Of a stretch of DNA of 64,000 bases, positions 22,701-34,700 are shown in pieces. Under the pieces are notes generated by a model. That model worked only from the letters and a program-made list of their open reading frames with translations. It did no database searches and was not told the origin of the DNA. Source of the DNA: Fimbriosthenelais zetlandica (lineage: Eukaryota); the NCBI GenBank assembly GCA_977030845.1, contig OZ365110.1, positions 49,352,001 to 49,416,000 on the forward strand, in the 5' to 3' direction. The first letter of the stretch is position 1. Each line of letters starts with the position of its first letter. The translations under genes and the position numbers were made by a program.

Positions 22701-25700
22701 TCACTTTATTATCCTGAAATCAACATTTTTAAAAATCTTCAAAACTCTTTAGAAATTCAAGTGGTGGATCCAGAGGGATTCTGTGGCGACACTTATCAAA
22801 GCATTCTTATTTTGATTTTTTAAGATAATTTGTCATGGTTTAATTTTGGTTTTCCATTCGCTTATTTCAGCCTTGCACAACCTCAGACAGTCCAGACCTT
22901 CTACAGTAAACCATCAACACTATCATGCTAGAGGCGCCATCTCGTGATGATTAATCAAAGGTAGGTGGCAGCACTGAATTATATTTGGTACCATCTCCAA
23001 AGTTTCAGATCAGATTTTTTTTGTGGGTGGGGGGAATGTCGGATTTATAAGAAATTTTATATTGATTTTAATCCTGATAAATCTATAATGAATGTACGCA
23101 CCTTGTACCAGGCTATAGTGGGGTCAGGATCCCCGTCAGCCTTACACACGAACTTCACCTTGCCCCCTAGCGGCCGCTTAGCAGCGTCTGACGGCATCAT
23201 CTCTGGTTTGATGAAATAAGGTTTTTCTGAAGAAAAAAAGTATCAAAGTAATAATTGTAAACATTTTAACCTTTTGTCACTAATGTATTTGTGCACTTGA
23301 GTTGGAAATGTTGACTTTTGAGATTGGTCTTTGCATCTGAGTTAGGTTAGTTTTGTCCCGGATATTTAAAAATAGTTCTGAATATTATTTTTTTAAACAG
23401 TTAGATTAATGTATTGTACGTGATACAATACTATTTACCTCCAATTTTAGATTATTCGAATATTTCGTCAAATATTCAAAATATTCCCTAAACTTTATTT
23501 AAGCGAATTAAGCAGTTTACAAGTATAACACTTACTGTCTCCGGGGTAATATTTTCCGGTGAACTGTGGGGGCGGGGTCACAACCTCAGAGTTATTAGCT
23601 GCAAGAAAATGAGAAATCAACGGTTACTCAATACGGAGGCTTAGTAAAGTGTAAAATCTGACACACAGCAAACAAACAAGTGGACGGGCATGTTTGGAGA
23701 CCACCCCATTAAGGTGTTTACCATTGTATATATATTTACCCATGCCTTGGACTGACCATCACTTGGGATGCCAGTATCCAGGGAAAACAAACCCAAACTT
23801 TGAGTGACCATATAGTGAGATTTGGAGTGGTTTGGATGGGATGGTGGCAAGAGTCCAGTGGTCAGGGAAGGAAGGGTCAGAGGGGTTACAACTATAGTGA
23901 TACCGTGATAACATATCAAATGTGGGGTACATTCCAACCCAGGTATTTGTCTATGGGTGGTGCTAGACACCGCACCTTTGATTGGAATTTGCTTTGGAGA
24001 TAGTTGATCAACTGGTGAAGCACAGAATAATATTTGATCAGAAAACATTAGTCTTGACCACTTGGGTCACGTGTGATCTTAGTTCCAATAGCCTGAGGGT
24101 TTGTGTATGTGTACAGGCCATCATCTGAACCCAAGCCTTTGATGGTCTTGCCTCCTCTTGACCACTGGTGTACTTGGTTACAGCTGGATGGTCAAAGAAA
24201 TACTTTAGCTTTGAATGGTAAAGAACTAATGATGGGCTCAGATGTGGTGACGCAATAGTTAGGCTTGGATAATGATGGTAAAATGGTCAATTTCCTTGAG
24301 CACTGACTCTTCCTTAATTCAAAAAGTAGTCCTTTTATGAACTTTACAAAACCTAAGCTGATTTCCAGAGCCAATTTCCAGGCTAGAATCTTCATCAAAG
24401 GGCATGAATCCATAGATTGTTTTTAAATGGGAAGCTTATAACTGTTCGCTAGTGCAGTGCAGTTTTAAGTGGGTAGATCACTGCATTTTGGGTTGGTGTG
24501 AATATACAATATAAGTTTATCTTCATCATAGATATTCAAATTTTGATGACGTCTTAATGCACATACAATTCCCATTAATCCAAAGTACTTATTCTTCAAC
24601 ATTACACTCAACTTTAACTCCTAAAACTGCTTTAAGAGAGAGAAAGGTTTAAGAGAGATGAAAGGGCAAGAGGCGAGTGGCACAGTTAAATGATTCACAC
24701 CTTTCACTTCGCCCGAGGCTGGCTAACTATAGTCTGATGTTGCAAAACATTCAGATAAGTAACAGTTACCTATATCTGATCCTTTCACAAATTTATCAGT
24801 TATCATAAAAGCTAGCGTGTCAATTCAACTGATCAAAACACTGATCACGAGTATAGATAGTAACGTTATGTAATTTATTATCAGGCGCCTATCGTTTTAA
24901 GATAGCGTCTAGGGGAGTAAAAGCTAAAGCCCAATGGGGGCTTGGAAACAATTTGGGTTGTCTGGCGAAATTTGAAATATGCATTGGTTATGGAATTGCA
25001 TATAAATATAAATACAAAGGATAGTTCACAAAATAAGTGTGCAACGGTGATGAATTGATTTAAAATTCAATTTGATTTAATTTCATTTCATTAAATGTTT
25101 TTAACACTTTCCCGTCATAATTTGGTTGGAAAATACTCAAGGAATGTACATAAAAGCATTGGGCTGCGCCTCTAGGCCTTACACAATTAACCTAAGCGAC
25201 TTCCTGAAGTGTGAAAGCTCATTCCGCAGTTGGAAACCCTCAAAAAGTGAGAGCGTTCTAATTTTCCGCCCCACAAGACATGTTATGTGGGAAATACAAT
25301 GAGCTGACGGGATTTCACAGACTGAATGGGATGAAAGGAAAGGTGTATAAAATGCAGGTTACGTAATACCCAAACCATCATCAAATTACTGTTTTGTAAG
25401 GGTAGGGTTCCGAGCTAGGCAATTTAGACAAGTGTGCTAAGGTTATTTACCCAACAGAACAGTGATTAATTATTGTGCTGGAGTATGGTCAATGTTATAT
25501 AACACACTGACAATGGAATGACCTGAATTCTCTAGGGCCAGAGAAATTCCCTTCTCCAAGTGTCAGATTCCATTTTCTCTCTCATTCCATTCTCTCCGTT
25601 CCCATGGACGCTCTCGATCATTGTCTGCTTGTCATGGGGGCTCCAGCCGCTACTGACTGTGTTTATATGTTGTCCATGGCAACCGATTTCACATAATCGC

Positions 25701-28700
25701 TGTTGCTAGGTATTTGTGAGAGCGGGTGTGGGAAAGGCTAGTGGTGGGGTAGGCTTTATCAGGTAGCCATGGGAACTAAAATACTGGCACTTTAACCACT
25801 GAGTGATACCAAGTTTGGTGAAGATTGCCCCCCTCGACCTGACTTTCTTTGCCTGAAAAAATCATTTATTTTCAATTTTTTAGTCCATATATTATAAATA
25901 TTTTGGATGTGTTGTATACATATGTTCTAAAGTTCCTGCACCTGGGAAATGCTGCGAAAGAAGACAACAATAGACATTTTTCAAGAAATATAATGTAACC
26001 CAGTTGAAAATCACACGAAATACTGTGAAATCAAGTGTGCGGATTTGCATGTACCAAAATAATATCTGATATAATGCTAATTCTGGCGGTGCTCAGCTTT
26101 GCAAATGCAACGCAAATCCCAATCACTGCCATGAGTGTCAGAAAGCCCCAGATATCTCATGCAAAGATGAACAATAATTTGTTGTCACAATGATAAAAGA
26201 TTATCTAAGCTAAAACCGCTGATCAGGTATACATATAGAATCACTCTGACAGCTGATATACCAGAGGTGCTTGACCATACCAGCGATAGCAATACAAACG
26301 GTACAAATGATAAGCTTCTAGAGGATTTGCCTGCCATAGGCTTTGTTATAATCCATATTATGCAATGGTTTACATGCAGAAGGTCATCATTAAAGCGGCT
26401 CTATCACTGATCTATTTCCTTGTACAGTGAGTCAGATTTCTGGTTCATCTCTGCCCCACAGTCTGCTCTTATAAGTAGGCTCGAATTGAAGTAATTTCTT
26501 TTCCAGTCAAACCTAGAATCAGGGTAAAATGTCACCACACTTGGTTCATCACTGATCAGTGATAGAGTCGCTTTAATTGGAATGTTCAGCTGATGCTATC
26601 ATAGGGCCATAGTATAATAGAAATCATAGCCATAGGGCCATAGTACAATAGAGGCTATAGTTGGGACTAAGGGAAGCTAGGGCATAATGATGTGGGGTTG
26701 GGCTGGAGAAGGTGTGAGGATTAGCACCCGGGCTTAGTCAGATTAGCACTAATCCCTCCTATACTGACTGGGTAAGCAAGTGACTAAGCTCAAGACATAG
26801 ACACATGCCAGACACTGGTCTCTGGGGAGGCTGATAAGCCTACAGGTGACCTCTAGTTGCTGGTGGTCAGTGTATTTAAATGTATGCAGTACAGTAGCCA
26901 GGATATTCATCATTTGCATTTCCCTAAGCATTTCTCCAAATTATTATGCAATTGTCATTCTTCACCCATTGTTGTCAACTGGGATAGCCAATGGCAGCCA
27001 TGTCTCCCACTGTCTGTTGTGAGAAACATGTAAAAGGTTAGTCATGTTTCCTACTGTTCTTAGAGGCATGTAAAGGGTCAGCCATGTTCCCCCTGTCTAT
27101 GGTGAGAGGTGTGTAAATGAATCATTGCTCCACATCGTTTCCTACTGCAGTTGAGTTGGGATGAACTTCATACGACCCGTGACACTCATTTCGTTTTTAA
27201 GATTTTGAGATTTTGAGTCACGTATAGGGTATATCAAATGGTTATTTTCCTGATAAACTGATAAATTGATGACAAAATGTTAAGCAACTTCATTCTACTC
27301 AGCTGTCGCCACTTTCATCTTTATATCTTGTCAATTATGGTCTTCATACATGATTTTTCGCCCAAGAGAAAAATCTAAAACCTATAACAAAGTTAATCGT
27401 TATTGACAGTATCCTCGTTGCAGATTGCCTATCAATTTTATCGGTGAAATCCAAGGATATGCTGATCTATGACCATACAAAGGGAAGAAACTGCCATCCA
27501 ACACTATACCTTATCATTAGCCTGACATCAAAGGATTGGCTATGTCCGTGGGGCTATGCAATTTGTGCAGCAGTTGACAGGGGTGGGAGGGTCCTGTCCT
27601 CATCAGAAAGATAGAGGAACAAGTTCTCCATGATGTAGGATGTATATTGAACATTGCAAACCCAAAGGAGAATGCTAAACCTAAGGGAAACGCACCACCC
27701 CATTGGTTTTCAATTTCAAAAAAGCTTTTGTGATTTTGTAATGATATCTGGATATTGAAAATGAATGACAGTGGGATAAAAGGGTGAAATTTAGAAATAA
27801 CAGATTGGGTCACCGCCGGCTCCAGCTGGGAGGATAATGATGGGGTGAGTGACAGGCGATATATTATAGAGGAACAGCCATGATGGCCGCGCGTCGCATC
27901 AACTGAACAGCAACTGTTTCAGAACAGAAAATCTGAACTGAATGTCACTTTGATAATATGATATCAGGAGACATAAATCCAGCCTTCTGAAAGGTTATAT
28001 TCCCTTGGAAAGGGGATAAAGTTCAAATTGGTTTATGCGTCTGATCTTGATACTTGGATTTTTTTGGGTAATTTAATTCATTTTTTACATAATTTCAATT
28101 TAGTTTTTTAAATGTCACAGAAAGAAATACAAGGAAACAAAAAATGTTACAAAACAGCCTTAAGTAAATATGCCCATGACAAATATTAATCTATTTAAGA
28201 AAAGAAACTAAAGGTAAGAAACTAAAAAGTGCTCAAAGTAATTAAAATCCTTAGTAATTTTCTTTTCAATAAATTTTAAAAAGTTCCAAAAAAACCAGCG
28301 TTGCGCAGATATTTACTTATGAATAATGGTATCACACAGCGATGGGTGTTGGCATTTTAAAGTGATGAGTGTTAAGCACCGAAGGCTCCAAGATGCTAGA
28401 GCACTTAATAAAACAGTAAACGACCCATAAATAACCCACCCCGCCCGCGCCCTCCACTTTTTACCTTCACTGAACTAATTGTATCATTTTTTGACTGGAA
28501 TAAGTGAAAATCCCCAATTAAGTTTCTGTCAAGGACAGACAAGTTACATTGATTTATGATGTCTCACGTCAAGAGAGTTATGAAGAAGAGTATGTCACCT
28601 CTCCCCGAGCCCACCCACGTGATCAAACATGGCCGCGGGGTGGACACGAGGCGTCGCCGAGGCCTGTCCACAGTCTCTGACAACCTGATAAAGATTTCAA

Positions 28701-31700
28701 ACTTTATCACCGTCACAGGGACTTTAAACAATCCCGTTTGTCCCGGCATCTCCGATTAAACACCAAGAGCTTGTAAATCATGTATCTATTTAAATGTTTA
28801 CATGGCGATTCAACGAATAAGCCATGTCAGAATTGTTGAAAACATGACAAGTCAAGGAGCTCTGAATCATGACGTCGACCTGTACAGTGGAGTCTGAACT
28901 GTCCCACATATATATCTCACCCAGTCCATTCCACACACTTGAACTGATTGTGAAAATTGTGTAACAGACAATTCATCCAAAATGGCGCTGACAATTGTGG
29001 GTGACAATTTAGTGATTATCCTAATAGTTGGTGGAGGCAGCGGGAGCGGCCGCCAATCTGAATTTTTAGTCCATTGTCACCGACATCAAGTGTTTTGATA
29101 GGATGTCAATAATCAAGTCGTTAGGCTGCCGTTTATGGACATTAAATGGTCATAAACAGGGGCGACCAACAAGGGCCCTATCAACAGCGCTATAGACCAT
29201 GCACTGGTCATAAAGTCAGTGTTAAAGGGGGTCTTCATGGTACAGTCACAATAGTTGATCCCTTCACTATAGGGCCGCTTGGCAGGCCAATAATGGCACG
29301 GACAAGTACATGGTACATGATGTGAACACTAATATTCCATATTAACTTCTGAGCAACTAAACGGTGCAATTTGTGACTACTGGCGCTCTTTTTGCTGTAA
29401 ATGTGGAGAAAAACTACTTCTGTGTTTAATATTCCCTTCAGAGTATGGTAATTGGCAACGTAGGTAATTGGCAACGTAGGGGGACATTGTAGTTACTCAT
29501 TGTTTGTGTCAATGAATGAGCTGCATGGGATTATTCTCTTTGAATGTGATTGAAGCAAAGGATTGATTGGGAACAATGAGGGAAAAATGGAGAGAAAAAA
29601 CAATGGAGAGAAAAAAGGAAGGGGGATAGAGAGAAAGAGGGTGAGGAAATATGAGAAAAGGAGCTGAAGGGATGGAGAGAAAAAGGAGAAGAGAAAAAAA
29701 GAGCAGGATGGACGGAAAGGGATTTAGCAAATAAAGAGTTAAGATTAGGAGGCAAAAGACCTCTGACCAGAAGTCGTAAATTACTTGAGAGTTTCCGCTT
29801 GTCAAGATAGTTGAGATAGAGTCATCATTGAGTATATAATTATATTCCTTCATTGTCTTAAGGCTCTCTATCTATCACCTGTACCCACGGTTTATCTCCT
29901 GTGTGGAGACGACTGTACCAGAACCAATAGGAGAATGCACAATGTTGACACATGTTAATTCTTACCTTTCACTATTTATCAAAGTGTCTGATAACAAACT
30001 TAATGAAATAATATTATCATGACGACTTGTCATTATATTATTTACCTACGCCTTGTTTTTTTTATTTTGACGTTTGGTTTAGGGTTATGCATGCATTATA
30101 TGTATTTGAAGTACTTTTCATATCTTTTTCAGAGGAAATTTCGTTTTTTAAGCCACATGGTAATGCAAAATTATGACCTACAATATGACGAAAAACATTG
30201 ATCTCTCTTTTTCGGGGTGGGAGTGGGGGCAAAGCTTACCATGCCATACCAAAGATAACAATTATGTTACTATAGCATTTGAACCTACACCCAGCAAATA
30301 ACCCCAAACTCTAGACTCTGTATTAAACCTTTTCATTCCCTAACCATTTGTTCTCAGGCTTGGACAGTGAGAAGCACACCTAGACTAGAGAATGTTATCA
30401 GACGGACACTGCAGCTGACCCGGGCTGGACCTTTGTCAGCATCTTGTCTCATTAGTGTCCAGCCTAAGGTGCTGTCCGTCCAATAGTAAAGATCCCCTAC
30501 TGTATCCCATAGGGGAATGACCACCAAAACCACTCCAGCTGGCCATTCAAACCCTTAGGCAATCCCGACACAATACAAGGGGCTTTGTATTCAGATTTTC
30601 AGTGCAACATTAAAAAATCCACCGAAGATAATTTTTCTACCAACAGTTGTTAGAATGCGAATCCCGGGGCAACATTAGTGGTAAATTGGTCAGGCAATAA
30701 TTGGGAGCTGCCTGGGACTGTGGCTGATTATTATGACATCTGTTGGGGGGAGAATGATTCATGAATCATCAATGTTCAGATGATGGGTCGTGATTAGGGA
30801 TTTAGACGGAGGGTGAGTCACAAAGTGAAACTGAAAGCAATGACACACCTTGTGGGTTTCACATAAGTAATGCAGGGTCGCTACTAAACCGATATTTGTA
30901 GCGATATTTGAAAGAATTTCGTTTATAAATCGTCTCTTATCATTTTAGTGGAGATGTTATCATTCAAAATTCAACAGATCACTGCTATATCTGTTCATAG
31001 GCGATAATAATAAAAATATTGTAAATTCAGTTCCAAATGATTTCGGCACCCCTCACAAATAGCAAGCCCCTATACTATTGCAGTTACACTTGCGGCAGTT
31101 GCGGCAGAAAACCCAGTTGCATATGCATACCCCTGCATATATATGGAACATCAAGCTGAATGGGGGACATTGAACTGGGAACCAAAAGGGGAAGTGAAAG
31201 CAGACTAATTCCCATGTAACATGCTGTTTTTCCATTTGACATGAACCAATATACCCAGGTCTATGCCTTACCTTATGTTTTCCCACAGAAACCGTGACAT
31301 CCTGTACAAATTGTAACCAACAGTCACCTGTCAACGGCTCACAGTATGCTCCCAGACAACTCCACCAATGGCGACTTGGATCTGGATATATTTTTGTCCG
31401 TTTAATTGAGTTATTTGAGAAGGATACTGTTAGTTTGTGCTGGGAAAACATATACATCCAGCTCCGAACTTTCCACCTGGGCTGATCTATCTAGCCTTGC
31501 TTTCACTGGCATTGTAGGTGGGTATAGAGGTGGTGAAAGGGTCTGTCTTTGTATGAAGGATGGACTGGAGGGGTAGGTATTGTTCAGGTAGGGTGAGGTT
31601 GGGGATGCTAGAGCCAGACTTGTCGCGAGGGATGTAATGAAATGCAAACAAATGAAGTCTCGTATAAAATCACGTCCTGGACGAGAGGTCACGAGAGATT

Positions 31701-34700
31701 CATGATCAATATGGAGTCAATATGGACCTTGACTTTTATATTGAAACAACTGAATTGTCAAAAGGTTATGGAATAGACAATTTAGTATATTCAGAAAGGT
31801 TTCTCTGGCATTATATGTTTAATATATGTTTAACCTGTTTTGCCTTTCTTATGCCAATTCGGATACGGTTTCATTCCACCTCCCGACTGAAAAAAATATT
31901 ACAAAAAATAATTAAAAAAATCATGAATGAGATGGTGAGGATAATAGGAATCCCCGAGCAGGTGTGGTAGTGGATTTGTAGGTTGGCGGGGATGGAGATA
32001 CTGTTAGCAGTGAATTGAGACAAATGGACCACTGGGCAAGTAAAGACCCGGCTGTTGTTGTGAGCTCAGATGATATGGAAAACAGGTGCCGGGCTCAGGT
32101 GAAAGAGATAGAGGCACATCATCTGGTATGTGGCAGGCCGGAGGGATCCACAGCCCCACTATCTGATGTAAATGGTGGTGAAAATAGCACTTTGGATATG
32201 TCAGAGCAGAGTAAAAGCTCGACCCCCAGAGGAGAGGAGATGTGTAAATCATCAATGTCTTACTCCTGTGGGGGGAATGTTTAGGTTTCCAGTAACGTCA
32301 CAAAGTGCCATGACAGTTCAGGGTGTCGAGTGACCCGGAAAACAAAACAGCTAGTGATGTTGAACTATCAATCAGGGAGGAGTCTTTTGGGTTTTTTGGA
32401 AAAAAAAATGTGATAGGTCAATTTGCTGGGGGCACATTATTCAATGGATTGGGAAATGATTTTAAAACTCAAGTAGACCCTAATCTTTTTGGGCAGTTTT
32501 TTTTTTTATCAAAAACGATTCTCACCTCCTACGGGGACCTGTTTAATAATCATTGACAAACATTAATGGACTATGAAATTATTTTGTGTTAGAAGTAATA
32601 TAAGCAGTCAAATAGTTTTAGTAGTTTCCATCCAACCAAAAATTGATAAAGACTTGGATAAGAGACTAGGATAGACCCCTAAAAACTTCTGATGAATCAA
32701 TTTGTTGGTCCAAAACATTGTGAACTATCACTTGTATAATGGTTACCAACAATCTAGACAAAACAAACTTGGACTAGGGAAACTTGTGCACTACACATGC
32801 TAGCAGTTTCCTGGGTGGCCTTTATGCTTTTTTCATGTACCCTCCCGTCCGAAACTCTAACATGGGAAAAAAATGAAAAAAAAATCTGTCCAAAGTGAGT
32901 GAGAATATAGTCAGTCATGTGTCGAGCACCTGTGGTTACATAAACGGCCGACGCCAAGAGTAAAACTGATACGAGGAGATGTATTCTCTATCGACCATAG
33001 CTGTTTTCACTTCACACACTCTCAGGCAAGATTATCCCCCCACTCTTGGGAAATTGATTGCCCCCGCCTAAGAAAGACATTATTCAAAGGAGACAGGGAA
33101 AAAATACATATATCTTCTATACATTGGAGCTATTTGAAAAGGAAATATATCCCGGAAGATCATATGTACGGGGTATTAATTATATTGGACCACCCTTCAA
33201 TACCGAGGATGCTTTTTAGGATAATTATTTTTCACAAATATGTAGGTTTTTTTTAATGAAGGTCAAATATATGATACAGAGGTTGGCTAAGGGTATTGAT
33301 TCTAATTTTGTTAGTCTTCCTGATTGGAACCTGTCCATGTAGTTAGTTTTAGACCTTATCTTTAAGCGATTTAATTCTGATCTTGTCCTTCTCCCTTTTG
33401 CCCACTTTGTAGTGCCCTCAGGCACTGCTAACCAATAGAATAGTCACAAAGAACATCCAAGCCCCTGAGTCAGGATTTTTTCTGTTAGAATCCAAATGAA
33501 AAGATTGCCACCGGCTATTGGTGGTCTGAATCAAGGCACGACTATAGCGATCCTAGCGGACAAATCCCCAAACACCACCTGGCTGGGGAGCATGCGCAGT
33601 GAAGCCTGCGGCGGGGGCTTGTTCCGGTTGACCAAGCCTCGTCTATGGTCAGGGAGGGCTCGTTCAAATACAGCTGGACAGCCTTAAGGCCGGCTTATCC
33701 TTGCCAGTGTATCGCCACACACTTTGAAACGTGCTGAGTCATGAAATAAAAGACACCTGACCTGTTCGCACAGTATCTTATATATATAGCTACAATAGGC
33801 ACCGACTCCTTATTTGGGATAGCTTAGAATTCTCAACACCCAGGATGTATTCTTATTTTCTCAAAGGTGTTCCACTTTGAGCTAGACTATGCCCTCTGGT
33901 GATTTAAATATTACACTTCTTCATGTGTCTATCCCCACTGAAATATATCCCTACATCAAAGGTATAAGAGGCAGTTAATAAAAAAGGCTTTGTAAAATAT
34001 AAGAAATGCATTGATAATTCAACCACAAAGAATTGGACATATTTGACATATTGTGAATATGTTTGAGTATTGAATACAGACATATTGTGTTTATATGTCA
34101 GTGGCATATCATTGCATAATATAACTGAGCTATCCATAAATTATATTCGGTTTTTGACAGTTGCAGGATATGAATTATGATATGCTAGGGTGCTTCACTG
34201 AGTGCCATAATCGCTAAACATTCAGTGCGTTTCAGCTATGTCCACAGCCTGGGGGCATATCTCAAGGATTCTCTCAACTTTTTCATTTTTTTTTCATCCA
34301 GATTGTCTTGTCAATGTCTACGACTGATTCAATGCTTTCTATAGCACCATTTATCATTGAGACAGGTCTGGCTATATTGAAACGACGATACCTTGGTAGA
34401 TGTCATTTGCGGAGTTGTCTTGCACATTAGAATGCAATCTTCTTGATCGTAGTGTTAACAGCAAAACCGAACAAGGGATTCTCCCCTAAGATAAATTATT
34501 TTCATGGTGGCCGTATTACTTGATCCTCTGGCGTAGCAGATTATTTCAGGACAACTTGAATATCAAACCCAATTTAGACATAAAGATATAAATGGTTGGT
34601 TTCTGTTCAAAGTAGCTATATCACTGATATTTTTCTTACACAGAAAGTCAGACTTTTTATTTCAAATCTGCTACAATGATCCTACACATATAAAGGTGTG

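Noticed and set aside
29509-29853. Hydrophobic, membrane-protein-like ORFs at 29509-29853, 35666-35923, 40482-40797 and 46651-46913
   Set aside because: These are translations of GA/CT-rich low-complexity tracts and the GATA microsatellite.
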